This document shows positions 22,203-37,256 of a stretch of 64,000 bases of DNA, one piece after another (within the stretch, counting starts at the first letter, position 1; the number at the start of each line of letters is the position of its first letter). The stretch is taken from positions 608,001-672,000 of the forward strand of contig CAWAHW010000004.1 in assembly GCA_963781885.1 (NCBI GenBank), read 5' to 3'. The notes under the pieces were generated by a model. It did not search any database and was not told where the DNA came from. It saw nothing but the letters and a program-made list of their open reading frames with translations. The position numbers were made by a program, and so were the translations under genes. Source of the stretch: an uncultured Spirochaetota bacterium. GTDB lineage: Bacteria; Spirochaetota; Spirochaetia; SZUA-6; Fen-1364.

Positions 22203-25200
22203 TGCTGATTCTCAGACGCGTGCGGTTGGTGAACTGGCACTACTTCACGGACTCACTGATCGAGATGGGGCCCGTGACGCTTCTTGGGGGAGACAATGGC
22301 AGCGGCAAATCCACCATCATCGACGCTATCCAGTACGCCCTGGTTGCTCAGGTCAGCCGGATCCGCTTCAACGCCGCAGCAAGCGATCGCCGCACGACAC
22401 GCACCATCGAAAGCTATTGCCGGTGCCGCATCGGCGCGGACTCCCGCGACTACGTCCGGGGAGACTGCATCAGTCACGTCATACTTGAGTTCGGGAACGG
22501 GGAGAGCCGTTTCTGCGCTGGAATTATGGTGGAGGCTTTCACGGAGGGAGACGCCCGGGAGCACGAATGGCTCCTTGAGGGAGGAAAGATCGAAGATGTC
22601 GCAATCTTCGACGGCGGCCAGTTTCGGAGCCCCCGGGTTTTCCGCGATTCCGTCAAACAGCTCGGCGGGTACCTGTGCGCCACGAAACGCGAGTACAACA
22701 ATCGCCTGACCCACCTCCTCGGCGTGCACCGCCGTGGCGTGGACTTCAATCCGTACCTGGACGCGGTGGTGCGGTCGGTGAGCTTCACGCCGTTCACCTC
22801 CGTCCACGATTTCGTCTGCAACTATATCCTGGAAGAGCACAACGTCGACGTAAGCGCAATGAAGGAGAACCTCCAGAATTATAGAGCCGCCGAACGGGAA
22901 GCGCTGGAGGTCGAGCGCAGAATACTCCAGCTGGCCGCAATCGGGGAGCTGACGGAAGCCGTGGCCCAGGCAAGACGCCAGATCCTGCGGCAGGACTACC
23001 TGCGGCTCAGGCTCCACGTGGAGGATCAGCTGGCCCGGCTCGGAGCCACGCGCGGAGAGCTGCAACAGACGCGTTTGTTGATCTCCAACGCCACGGAGAC
23101 GCTGTCCGCCGAACAGGAGCGCAAGGAGCGACTGGACTCGGTTCGACAGGAGCTCCAGTTCGCGCTGGCCTCCGACGAGCAGCACCGCGCATACGAACGC
23201 TTGCGGCGGGATCGCGAGGAGCTCGGTCGGCGCATGGCGGATGAGAAGGAACGCATGGAGCGCCGCGCGCTGCTGGTGCAGCAGTGCGGCGTGCTCCTGG
23301 GAAGAAAGCTGGGAGCTGATCTGGAGGCGGAGACGAGCTCCCTTTCGGCGGAGCAGCAGGATGTGATTCGCAAGGACGTGGAGGGCGATGTCGAGATCGC
23401 CAGACTCAAAACAGAGCTCGGAGCTCTGCATGCGGAGGAGAAGGAGCTGTCCGAGGGAATACTGCGTTACCCGGAGCCCACAACGGAGCTGAAACAGGCC
23501 GTTGAAAGGGCCGGCATTCCCGCCGCGGTCTTTGCCGACCTCCTGGAGGTGACACAGGAGGAGTGGCACAACGCCGTGGAGGGATGGCTCAACACACAGC
23601 GTTTCAATGTCCTTGTTCCGGAATCGGATTTTCAGAGAGCCCTGGAGATCTATAACGGCCTGCCGGCAAAAACGGCGGGTGTCGGACTGCCGAATCTCGC
23701 CTCCGTGTCGGAAGCGGATGTCCATCCAGGGTCATTGGCCGAGGTCGTCGAGGCACGGACCCCGGCCGCCCGCAGGTACGCCGCCTTCCTCATGGGTGAC
23801 GTCATACGCACGGATATCCTCAACCTGAAGCGATTTGATCGCTCCATAACGACGGAATGCATGCGCTATTCCTCCCACACGGCGACACGAATCCGCAAGG
23901 AGGTCTTTGAGCGCTGGTACATCGGAAAGGAGGCGCGGGAGCGCCGCCTGCAGGCCGTCCGCGATGAAATCGAACGCGGCGGGCTCGGTGTGGAGTCACT
24001 CCTGAAGGCCAAGCGCTCCATCCAGGAGCGGATCGACGTTCTGTCTCGCGTGCTGCGACAGATCCCTACTATTGTTGAGCTTGCCTCCGCGGAAGCGCGT
24101 TTTGAGTCCGCCCGCGTTCAGTACGAGGAGGTGGAACGCCAGATCGCATCCATCGATACAAGCTCGTTCGAAGCCTTGAAGATACAAATAGCCGGATTGG
24201 CCGACAGCATACGCGCATGCGAGCTGGAGATCGGCAAGCTTCAGGGACGTATCGGGTCCGCGCGGGAAAGGGAGACGTCACTTGGCGTCAGGGTGGAGGG
24301 TGAGGAGACGGAGCGAGGAAGACGCGAAGCCGCGCTTGCGGGATTCGTCGGCGAATACATCGACAAGGAGGCTGAGCTCGCCGCCTATTTTGACGAGCGC
24401 ATGAAGAGCGAGCGCCGACAGACAGGCGGAAGCGTCGACTTCGCGGATATGATCCGCCGCTACGAATCATCCAACACGGGTCTTGCCACACGGCTGGAGA
24501 AGGCCCGCACGGACCTCCGCCTGTCAAAACAGCGCTACAATCACGATTGGAACGAGGTCCTGGTGCAGGAGGACGACGAATCGCGCGAACACCGCGAACG
24601 ACTTGTCCGCTACCGGGAAACCGAGCTTCCCGAGTACCGGGACCGCATCAGCCGTGCGCGGGTGGAAGCGGAGCGCCAGTTTCGCGAGCACTTTGTCTCA
24701 CGCCTGAACGAGTACCTCGTGGATGCGGAGGAGAGCTTTCGGGAGATCAACCACATCCTGGAAACCATCCGCTTCGGCAAGGATCAATATCACTTCTCCA
24801 TCACCCGCAATCCCGAAAAGCAGAAGCTCCTGTCCGCCATTTCATCCGCGGCTGAGATCAGTGAGCTGGACGGCACACTTTTTGCCTCCCTGAAGAGCGA
24901 CGATGAGCGGGAGAGCATCGAACGGCTCTTCCAGAACGTGCTTGACCACGAGCTGGACGACCCCGCCGTGCGCGAGATCTGCGATTACCGACAGTATTTC
25001 CTCTATGACATCCGCATCCGCCATACGGACGTCCTGGACGACAAGACCGGCAAGGCTCTCGAATCGTACCTCTCCCGGGTCCTGCGAGAGAAATCCGGCG
25101 GAGAGACCCAGACACCGTACTACGTCGCCATTGCGGCGAGCTTCTTTCGCTTCTACAAGGACTCACCCGACGCGATCCGCCTCGTGCTCTTTGACGAGGC

Positions 25201-25399
25201 ATTCAACAAGATGGACGACGAGCGTATCGGCAACATGGTGGCTTTCTTCCGCAAGCTGGCAATGCAGGTGGTGACCGCCGTGCCGACGGAGAAAATCGAA
25301 TCAATCGCCCCCTTTGTGGACCGGACAAATCTCGTGATACGACGCAACTACCAGGCATTCGTCCGCGACTACGCCATTCTCAACCAGACCGCGCCATGA
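22199..25399 (+). CDS. jetC: Wadjet SMC-like ATPase JetC
   Basis: LVNWHYF, Walker A GDNGSGKST, long coiled coils, signature KSGGE, Walker B LVLFDEAF. Confidence 0.92.
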   Translation: MMLILRRVRLVNWHYFTDSLIEMGPVTLLGGDNGSGKSTIIDAIQYALVAQVSRIRFNAAASDRRTTRTIESYCRCRIGADSRDYVRGDCISHVILEFGNGESRFCAGIMVEAFTEGDAREHEWLLEGGKIEDVAIFDGGQFRSPRVFRDSVKQLGGYLCATKREYNNRLTHLLGVHRRGVDFNPYLDAVVRSVSFTPFTSVHDFVCNYILEEHNVDVSAMKENLQNYRAAEREALEVERRILQLAAIGELTEAVAQARRQILRQDYLRLRLHVEDQLARLGATRGELQQTRLLISNATETLSAEQERKERLDSVRQELQFALASDEQHRAYERLRRDREELGRRMADEKERMERRALLVQQCGVLLGRKLGADLEAETSSLSAEQQDVIRKDVEGDVEIARLKTELGALHAEEKELSEGILRYPEPTTELKQAVERAGIPAAVFADLLEVTQEEWHNAVEGWLNTQRFNVLVPESDFQRALEIYNGLPAKTAGVGLPNLASVSEADVHPGSLAEVVEARTPAARRYAAFLMGDVIRTDILNLKRFDRSITTECMRYSSHTATRIRKEVFERWYIGKEARERRLQAVRDEIERGGLGVESLLKAKRSIQERIDVLSRVLRQIPTIVELASAEARFESARVQYEEVERQIASIDTSSFEALKIQIAGLADSIRACELEIGKLQGRIGSARERETSLGVRVEGEETERGRREAALAGFVGEYIDKEAELAAYFDERMKSERRQTGGSVDFADMIRRYESSNTGLATRLEKARTDLRLSKQRYNHDWNEVLVQEDDESREHRERLVRYRETELPEYRDRISRARVEAERQFREHFVSRLNEYLVDAEESFREINHILETIRFGKDQYHFSITRNPEKQKLLSAISSAAEISELDGTLFASLKSDDERESIERLFQNVLDHELDDPAVREICDYRQYFLYDIRIRHTDVLDDKTGKALESYLSRVLREKSGGETQTPYYVAIAASFFRFYKDSPDAIRLVLFDEAFNKMDDERIGNMVAFFRKLAMQVVTAVPTEKIESIAPFVDRTNLVIRRNYQAFVRDYAILNQTAP

Positions 25400-26610
25400 C
25401 GGAGCTCGCTCGCAGGATACTCACCGTCTTTGCGGAGTCCTACCCGACCAGCGCGTCCTACAAAGGCGGGCGGAAGCTGCGAAAGTCGGGATGGCACGAG
25501 CTGTTTCCCCGCATCAGGACGGACGTATCGGCAAAGAACGATTTCCTTGAAGCCGTGGAGGAGTTGGTGGACGCGGGGATTCTCACGGCGAAATGGAAGC
25601 GCTTCCGGGAAGGTGACGATCTGGAAGCCCTGTACCTTGAAGACCCGCAGTCTCTTTTCGCCGCATTGGGAATGCCATCACCCGAGTCCACAGCAGACGG
25701 CATGAGGCATGGTGCTTGACTCACCGAATGTGGAACGAGCCCGCGGCTGCGGGGAGTGGCGGAGTATCTGGCGCCTCGACTGGAAGCAGGGCATCCGGTT
25801 CCCGTGCGCGATGCCGCCGAGTTGGAAGACCTTGGCAGGCTCTTTCTGCTTTCGTCCGAAGAAACCGCATCAAGCCCCATCCGGGCTCTCAGCGTGAGGC
25901 TCTATGCGGACAGCAAACGCCTGGAGAGGCTCATTCCGATCGCGGATCGCCTCTGCCGCGCCATGGGAATTGAGCCGATCTCCGCGACGCTCGGGCTTGG
26001 ACGATCCTATCCCGAAGTCGGCTTCGCCCTATGGGGTCGCATCTCCCTGGTCGGACGCGCCAGCCCCTGGACGTGCGCGGGAGAGATCATCACGCTTCCC
26101 GCTGCAACCCTCTCCCGCATTGATACGCTGGAGATTCACCCGAGGAATACAACGCCGGGACCCGCGGTCATCCTTTCGGTGGAGAACAAAGAGACGTTTC
26201 ATGTGCTGGCGGAGCGACTGCCTTCTGCATTGCCGCCGGGAATCGCGGGCATGATCTACTCTGCAGGGCATCCGAATGACGCGGTCAAGATGCTCCTGCG
26301 CCTCTGCGTGAAGGCCGGCGCCCGCATCTTCCACTACGGCGACCTGGATCCGGACGGGATCCTGATCGCGCAGGAGATTGCCTCAATTCTTGCCGTGCCC
26401 GTGGTGCCCTGGAACATGAGCGTCGAGCTTCATCGACAGTACGCCGCGTACGGCTATGCACTCGACAGCACGCAGACAGCGCGGCTTTCGCTCCTGGCCG
26501 ATACCGCACCTCAGGAGCTTCGCGAGCTTGCGAGCGAGATCGTCCGGACCGGCATCGGGGTGGAACAGGAGATCATCGATCTGGGGGCTGGCGTAGAGGG
26601 AATCGAGTGA
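25396..26610 (+). pseudogene. jetD: Wadjet Toprim nuclease JetD, interrupted by an in-frame TGA at 25717-25719 (may be an assembly artefact)
   Basis: ORFs 25396-25719 and 25756-26610 are in the same frame; DSKRLE, VENKETF, HYGDLDPDGILI, VEQE. Confidence 0.85.
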
Positions 26611-26755
26611 TCGGTTCAATGGCGGCTTCGATGAACGGCCGGGCATCGCCGGGATCAGTGCGCTCTCCTGAGGCCCCGCGCGCCACCCTGCTGGGGGTCG
26701 CGCAACGGGGCAAAAGCTTGTTGACGGACCATTAATCACATGGTAGCTTCCATGT

Positions 26756-26998
26756 ATGAAGACCATAACCATAAATGTAAGTGAGCCGGTTTATCGCGAC
26801 TTCCGCGAGTATGCCCGACAGCATGACCGCGCGGCCTCTGAGATCATCCGGGAAGCAATGGAGGATTTCAGATCCCGCAAGATTCGTCAGCCAACCAGCT
26901 TGAAGGACATCCGCCCGGTCTCGGTAGGAAAGGTGCTGCAGCCATTCAAGGGATCCGAGGACTTGCTGGAGGAACTTTCTCGTGGTCAAAGCGATTGA
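26756..26998 (+). CDS. Putative antitoxin (ribbon-helix-helix/CopG-like)
   Basis: MKTITINVSEPVY...ASEIIREAM; overlaps the downstream PIN gene. Confidence 0.8.
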   Translation: MKTITINVSEPVYRDFREYARQHDRAASEIIREAMEDFRSRKIRQPTSLKDIRPVSVGKVLQPFKGSEDLLEELSRGQSD

Positions 26999-27431
26999 CA
27001 CCACATTCCTGATTCAGCTCGAGGTCCGCGAAAGCGAAGGGCATGAAAAGGCGCATCTATTCCTGCAGCAACGCCTGCTCGGCGACGGGCATCAACTGGG
27101 TCTTGTGCCTCAGGTGCTCGAGGAGTTCATCCACGTGTGCACGGATCCACGCAGGTTCGAGCGGCCGCTTTCCATGACGGAAGCCCTCGACAAGGCGGAC
27201 TTTTGGTGGCGGGCATCCGAGGTTCAGCAGGTGCTTCCCTCAGCGGAGGCTGTCGCCCTCTTCCTTGAGTGGATGAAAGGGCTTCGGCTGGGCCGACGAC
27301 GTATTCACGACACCCTTCTTGCGGCCACCTGCGTCACCACCGGCATCAAGGAGATCGTGACCAGCGACAAAGATGGATTTCAGGTCTTCGCGGACCTGAC
27401 GCTTTCCGACCCTTTGGACTGGCGGGACTGA
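26982..27431 (+). CDS. vapC: PIN-domain toxin, VapC family
   Basis: AIDTTFL, QVLEEF, IHDTLLAAT, IVTSD acidic PIN residues. Confidence 0.88.
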   Translation: MVKAIDTTFLIQLEVRESEGHEKAHLFLQQRLLGDGHQLGLVPQVLEEFIHVCTDPRRFERPLSMTEALDKADFWWRASEVQQVLPSAEAVALFLEWMKGLRLGRRRIHDTLLAATCVTTGIKEIVTSDKDGFQVFADLTLSDPLDWRD

Positions 27432-27463
27432 AAGCAGATTTTCGGATTTTGGGCATAAAAAAA

Positions 27464-27578
<115 letters not shown>

Positions 27579-27753
27579 AATATAGACACGAGGGAAATTG
27601 TCGCGCCCAGCAGGGGCCGCGGCTCAGGGGAAGAAGTGAAAGAATCAGAGCGCATTAGCGGTGCGTCGCTCCCGCCCGAGCACGGTATTCCGTGCGGGGG
27701 CTGCCGCGCCTCGCCGTTCCACGCTACCGTTGGGCGGTAGTGTGGGGGAAAAT

Positions 27754-30759
<3,006 letters not shown>

Positions 30760-30953
30760 TTTTCCCTTTCAACCGCGGGTGCCACGCTCAGGACTGTCAC
30801 GGGGTAATCCGTGACATTCATGCCCCACGGTCGCTCGCGCTCCGTCCTTCCGGTGCCAATGGACTGGCAGTTGCGCTTCTCTTCACTTCCACCACTTGCA
30901 ACGCGCCTTCGTATTCCCGCGCGCTTCAAGCGGCTTTTCCCCTTCCCTCGAGT

Positions 30954-30966
30954 TGTCAAAGACCAT
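30954..30966 (-). promoter_or_regulatory. boxA-like antitermination sequence in the 16S-23S spacer; second copy in the leader at ~33325-33338
   Basis: TGGTCTTTGACAA and TGATCCTTGACAGC, compared with consensus TGCTCTTTAACA. Confidence 0.55.
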
Positions 30967-31148
30967 CACCGCCACGGTATTCCGTGACATTTGCGACCAC
31001 GGTGGCCACCGCATTCGGTGACACGTCACGGTGCCCCACGGCACGTGCTGCCGCGACGCTCCATGCCATTACTGCCACCATGTCGGCGGCAAGAACAATC
31101 GTAGTATTCTACGAAACACCGCCGCGACTGTTCGCGGCTTTCGTCTAC

Positions 31149-31221
31149 TGGAGGTATGGGGACTTGAACCCCAGACCTATGGCTTGCAAAGCCACCGCTC
31201 TAGCCACTGAGCTATACCCCC
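31149..31221 (-). tRNA. tRNA-Ala(TGC); CCA not encoded
   Basis: GGGGGTATAGCTCAGTGG...TTTGCAA...GTTCAAGTCCCCATACCTCCA; G3:U70 alanine identity pair. Confidence 0.96.
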
Positions 31222-31321
31222 GTGGCCACGATCCTCGCACGGTACCCCGTGCGGTTTCGTGGCATTCAGGTTCTACAGCGGCCTCCCGCACGGAACCGAA
31301 CGGTCACCGCTGACCGCGCTT

Positions 31322-31466
31322 ACCGGCCACTCCTGGTGGCATTCCACCGGCCACTCCTGGTGGCATTCCACCGGCCACTCCTGGTGGCATTCCACCGGCC
31401 ACTCCTGGTGGCATTCCACCGGCCACTCCTGGTGGCATTCCACCGGCCACTCCTGGTGGCATTCCA
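31322..31466. repeat. Perfect tandem repeat, 6 x 24 bp, in the 16S-tRNA spacer
   Basis: Unit ACCGGCCACTCCTGGTGGCATTCC, containing the hairpin GCCAC-TCCTG-GTGGC. Confidence 0.97.
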
Positions 31467-31624
31467 TGCGCGTGCGTAGACGGAATATACAGAAAGGGAG
31501 AGGAGTTGGAGAGAGAGCGAGCTATCTGCACCTCACTCTCGCCGTCCTTCGCGCCCCCTTCGGGGTCGCTGGGCCGGCTGCCGCTCGGTGCAGTTTGTCG
31601 TGCGCCGAAGCGCACGACAGTTCT

Positions 31625-33176
<1,552 letters not shown>

Positions 33177-33468
33177 ATAGAACCTGACCTTGCGGCCAGG
33201 TTTTATACTTCGTTACCGCGCCTCCACAGCCTCGCTGACTTTGCGACTGCTTACGGCGCGTTTCGCCTTCCCACGGTTACCCATGGGCCGACGGACCCGC
33301 TCTTCTCTTTCTCCCCTTCCCTTTGCTGTCAAGGATCATTCCCTCTAAGGTTCACCCCAGAGGTCGCTTAAAAGGCCCTCGCGAACCCTTCATGCATTTT
33401 GCCCCAGAGACGGCACTTTCCCCCAACCTTTTTGATCAGAGGTTAGCACTTCACTTGCGGCAATTGAG

Positions 33469-33498
33469 AATATAGCCGCTTGCAATCACCAGTGTCAA
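33469..33498 (-). promoter_or_regulatory. Putative rRNA operon promoter
   Basis: TTGACA (33498-33493), 18 nt, TATATT (33474-33469). The -35 contains the TGA stop of pgsA. Confidence 0.65.
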
Positions 33499-34070
33499 CT
33501 AGTTTTCCTGAAATTTCTTGCGAAATAGTAGCCGTAATCGGCCAGCGACCAGAGCGCAACGGCCGCCGCCACCACGAAAAGCCAGAATGCCACCTCCGCG
33601 GAAGGCCCCGCGCCTCCGGCGGGCCAGCCAAGCTTGTTCATGGAAAAGGCCAGAAGACCGCCGATTCCCGCAAAGGCATATACCCAGGCTTTCAGTTTCC
33701 CGCTCGTCCGCGCCGGCATGAGCACCCTGGCATGTGACATCATCACCCTGATGTATGCCACCGCGACGTCCCGATAGACCAGGATCAGGAAAATCCAGAG
33801 CGGGACAAGCCCGGAACCGACAAAAGCAAGGAAGTAAGTCAGCCTGCTGATGGAATCGGCAAAGGGATCCAGGACCTTTCCCAGCTCGCTCTCCTGGCCC
33901 AATTTACGCGCGAAGTAGCCGTCCAGGAGATCTGAAATCTCGATGAGGCCGAATACGACCCAGACCCCGATGAGCAGGAAAGGCGAGCCTTTGTCGGCAA
34001 GCTGGTAGAGCAGAAAGAATGCGGGGGCCAGAACGATTCTTCCCACGGTCAGCATCATCGGGAGGGTCAT
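33495..34070 (-). CDS. pgsA: CDP-alcohol phosphatidyltransferase, PgsA-like
   Basis: MLTVGRI, SDLLDGYFAR...GKVLDPFAD, GKLKA. Confidence 0.85.
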   Translation of the reverse strand: MTLPMMLTVGRIVLAPAFFLLYQLADKGSPFLLIGVWVVFGLIEISDLLDGYFARKLGQESELGKVLDPFADSISRLTYFLAFVGSGLVPLWIFLILVYRDVAVAYIRVMMSHARVLMPARTSGKLKAWVYAFAGIGGLLAFSMNKLGWPAGGAGPSAEVAFWLFVVAAAVALWSLADYGYYFARNFRKTS

Positions 34071-34188
34071 GCGAGCATAGTAGTGTTCCCGCAAGGTTCG
34101 TCAATCGGGGATGCATCGATGGGCGGGAGGCGCGCCCACCGGACAACCCGCCTTGACAGCGGGATGAAGGCACCATAGATTCGCCGTG

Positions 34189-35007
34189 ATGCCCGCGGAC
34201 AAGTCACTCACCAGAAGCATTGCCCTCCACGGCGTGCTCTTTTTTCTCGGCCAGACCGCGGTGCTTCTGGCGGTCACGATCGGCTATCGCATGGGGTGGC
34301 AGCGATTCGGGCTGTTCATGATCATCTCCGCCGCCTACCACGCGGGCCTCACCGTTCTCCTGGTGGTGCGCCGGGCGGATTTTCGCGTGGAAGGGGCCGA
34401 CGCTCCGCTCCCGCGCGTGAATCTCTCCAATACGCTGACGTTCGGCAGGCTCAGCTCCATACCGACCATCACGTACCTGATCGTCAAGGCATCCACCTAT
34501 TCCATCCTGCCCGTCATCCTGCCGTTCATCTGCATCGTGTTCGCAACGGATTTCGCCGACGGCATGGTGGCGCGCCGGCGCAAGGAGATCACGTTCGTCG
34601 GCCGGTACATGGATTCCTCCAGCGACTATCTCATGATCGTCGCGGTCTCCATCGTCCTGTTCTCCTACGCGCTCATCCCGCTGTGGTTTTTCCTGCTCGT
34701 CATGGGCAGGCTCGTGTTGTTCGCCCTCGGCATGATCTGGCTCACCCTCCGCGAGGGCAAGGCCAATCCACTGGCCACGTTCATCGGCAAGATGTCGATA
34801 TTCTCGCTCATGGTGCTGTACGCGATGGAGATCGCGCACCTCTTCGACGTTCCCTGGATCGGCGACGAGCGGGTCGTGACCGTCGTCGAATACCTTGTCG
34901 CGGTCATCGTCGCGGTGTCCGTCGTCGACAAGGCGATCTTCCTCGCGCGGCGATTCGCCGAGGTCCCCCGGAGAAGGCGGGCCCGCCACGCGGGCACGTC
35001 AGCCTGA
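34189..35007 (+). CDS. CDP-alcohol phosphatidyltransferase family protein with N-terminal TM extension
   Basis: NLSNTLTFGRL, TDFADGMVAR...GRYMDSSSD. Confidence 0.85.
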   Translation: MPADKSLTRSIALHGVLFFLGQTAVLLAVTIGYRMGWQRFGLFMIISAAYHAGLTVLLVVRRADFRVEGADAPLPRVNLSNTLTFGRLSSIPTITYLIVKASTYSILPVILPFICIVFATDFADGMVARRRKEITFVGRYMDSSSDYLMIVAVSIVLFSYALIPLWFFLLVMGRLVLFALGMIWLTLREGKANPLATFIGKMSIFSLMVLYAMEIAHLFDVPWIGDERVVTVVEYLVAVIVAVSVVDKAIFLARRFAEVPRRRRARHAGTSA

Positions 35008-35808
35008 TTTCGCGACGATCTGCACCCCGCCGTCGTTCTGCACCATGATCCCGAACGAGTCGAACTCCTGCGCCCTCTTCAACGTCATTTCCACCTGCAC
35101 GGCTTTCACGCCGGGGATGCGCGTCTCGTTGCGCTCGAACAGGGACCAGAGCCGCTCGGAGATGCCCAGGGGATGGGCAAAGCGGAAATCGGTGTCCTGC
35201 TGGCGATAGGCATCGTTGAAGGACGTCATGCCCTCGAATCGGTACCACGTGCGGGCGCCGAGAAAGACGAACAGATCGCTGAAGATGACCACCTTGACGA
35301 TCGGCGCGAAATACGTGCCGTTCATCGTCAGGAGCACCGGCGCGTCGCCCTTGGGCACGAGCTCCAAGTGCATGGAGGAAGCGGTGGAAGAAAGCACCTT
35401 CACCTCGGCGATTTCCGTTTCACCCGTGAAGGCGCGGATGCTCTGGAGGAAAAGACCGAAGGAGAGGACCGCTGCCAGGAGGAGCACGACGATCGGGATG
35501 CCGAGCGATTTCTTGAATCGCAGGGCGGCGAAGGCGATGACGGCGGCAATGAGCGCGGCCCAGAGCATGCGCGGATCGCGAATCTTGCCGGCGCCGGGAA
35601 TGAAGACCGCCAGGAGCCCGAGGATCACGGCGATCGAAAGATAGATGCACGCGCCGACCCATTTCCACGTCCGTGCCCTGTCGGTGTCCGGCTTGTGGCG
35701 GACGCGCATCGAGGCGCGACTGGCCGCTGCACCGACGAAAAGACCTGCACACACGACCCAGACGAGCGGGCTGGACATCAGCGGATCGATCACCGGCACT
35801 CCACTCAT
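34999..35808 (-). CDS. Hypothetical membrane protein
   Basis: Four N-terminal hydrophobic helices then a beta-rich soluble region; GGAGG RBS before ATG 35808. Confidence 0.75.
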   Translation of the reverse strand: MSGVPVIDPLMSSPLVWVVCAGLFVGAAASRASMRVRHKPDTDRARTWKWVGACIYLSIAVILGLLAVFIPGAGKIRDPRMLWAALIAAVIAFAALRFKKSLGIPIVVLLLAAVLSFGLFLQSIRAFTGETEIAEVKVLSSTASSMHLELVPKGDAPVLLTMNGTYFAPIVKVVIFSDLFVFLGARTWYRFEGMTSFNDAYRQQDTDFRFAHPLGISERLWSLFERNETRIPGVKAVQVEMTLKRAQEFDSFGIMVQNDGGVQIVAKSG

Positions 35809-35849
35809 TTTTCTCCTCCCGGGGCGCGGCCCGCGCGCCGGACCGCGCA

Positions 35850-35901
35850 AATGTCACGGCGTACCGTGACCGCCAGAATGTCACGGCGTACCGTGACCGC
35901 C
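35850..35901. repeat. 2 x 27-bp palindromic REP-like repeat
   Basis: AATGTCACGG-CGTA-CCGTGACCGCC twice. Confidence 0.9.
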
Positions 35902-35902
35902 G

Positions 35903-37234
35903 TCAGTAGCGGTACGCGCTCCCGCCGATGAACTCCCGCAGCAGGGAACGCGCGGGCACGATGCCCTCGTCTTGCACGGCGGGTATCTGGTCGAAAAGCG
36001 TCCGCACGCGCACGGCGCGCTCGTATGCATCCTGCCTGTCGGCCACCCCCGCGCACTCCTCGATCACGGGAGCGAGATGCTTCTCCACCCTCGCCTTCAT
36101 GATCGGAAGCTCGTAGGGCAGAAAGCTGTTGACGATGACATGCGCGTGGCGCAGCTCCGGCACGATGTAACGCAGCTCCGCCCGGCGCACGAGGTGCCAA
36201 TGCCTGATCGTGGACCGGGGAGCATAGTTGCGGAACTGCATGTCGCGCACGATCCGGCGGAGCATGCGGATGTCCGCCCAGCGTATGTAGCGGCCGTCGG
36301 CGCCCTTGATCTGGGACAGCGTCTCGATGTACAGGCGGAACTTCATCTCTTCCGGGATGTTGCGCGTCATGTCGGGAAAGAGGCCGTGCAGCGAATCGAT
36401 GAGGATGACCGTGTTCTTTCCGATGGAAAGCTCATCGGTTTCCGGCTCCCGCTTTCCCGTCTTGAAGTCATAGCGGGGAATCTGCACGCTCCTGCCGTCG
36501 ATCAGCTTCTGCAGATGCTCGCTCAGGAGGGAGAGGTCGAGGGCCTGGGGGGTCTCGAAGTCGTAGTCGTCCTCGCCGACCCGGGGATGCATCTCCAGGT
36601 CGAAGAAGTAGTTGTCCACCGCAATGGAGGCCGTCGGGATGCCTTCCGTGGCAAGGCGCTCGCGGACCTTCAGGGTGGTGGTCGACTTTCCCGACGATGA
36701 AGGCCCGGCCACGATCACGACGCGCAGCTCGTCGCGGCGGGAAAGAATCTTCTCTACTGCCGCTTCCATCTCCCGCTCGTAAAATGCGTCCGATGCTTCA
36801 ACAAGGTCCGCGAGCTTTCCGATTGCGACCTGATTGGCCAGCTGCTCGAGCGTCACGCAGCCATGGTCCGTCGCCCAGGAGAGAGCCTCCCAGAGCTTGC
36901 GGTACGGGATATTCTCCTCCGAGTACGTGAGGCTCTCCCTGCCCGCGCGCTTCAGGGCATGCTCGTAGCGGTAGACGATGTAGGCTTTTGCGACGCGCGC
37001 GTGGCCGCGCTCGATCAGCGCCTTCTCCACCAGGTCCTGGATCTCCTCCACCGTGGGCCAGGAGGCGCGCCGCTGGCGCGCGGAGAGCAGGGCGATGACT
37101 TCATCGGTCACCCGCTCGGCTTCCTCGCTGTCCCTCCCGCCGCAGGCGACGGCCGCGCGGAAAACGGCGGAGGAGATCTTGTCCCGGCGGAAGGGCACCG
37201 CGCGGCCGTCCCGCTTGATGATCATGTCGCTCAC
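35903..37234 (-). CDS. ATP-cone domain fused to a uridine kinase-like P-loop kinase
   Basis: IIKRDGRAVPF...VEEIQDLVEKAL (ATP cone); AGPSSSGKST, VDNYF, YDFETPQALD, PRYDFKTG; GTG start after GGAGG. Confidence 0.88.
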   Translation of the reverse strand: MSDMIIKRDGRAVPFRRDKISSAVFRAAVACGGRDSEEAERVTDEVIALLSARQRRASWPTVEEIQDLVEKALIERGHARVAKAYIVYRYEHALKRAGRESLTYSEENIPYRKLWEALSWATDHGCVTLEQLANQVAIGKLADLVEASDAFYEREMEAAVEKILSRRDELRVVIVAGPSSSGKSTTTLKVRERLATEGIPTASIAVDNYFFDLEMHPRVGEDDYDFETPQALDLSLLSEHLQKLIDGRSVQIPRYDFKTGKREPETDELSIGKNTVILIDSLHGLFPDMTRNIPEEMKFRLYIETLSQIKGADGRYIRWADIRMLRRIVRDMQFRNYAPRSTIRHWHLVRRAELRYIVPELRHAHVIVNSFLPYELPIMKARVEKHLAPVIEECAGVADRQDAYERAVRVRTLFDQIPAVQDEGIVPARSLLREFIGGSAYRY

Positions 37235-37256
37235 GGCGTCCTCCGCGCCTCCGGGC

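Noticed and set aside
22199-25399. Housekeeping SMC/MukB or SbcC
   Set aside because: The Toprim gene downstream, jetA/jetB-like genes upstream and the defence context indicate Wadjet.
25717-25719. Selenocysteine or programmed readthrough at the jetD UGA
   Set aside because: No convincing SECIS-like hairpin follows, the site is in a linker, and indel errors are common in this window.
31322-31466. Tandem palindromic repeats as a CRISPR array
   Set aside because: The units are contiguous with no unique spacers, no cas genes are present, and they lie in the rRNA spacer. The same absence of spacers applies at 35850 and 41000.
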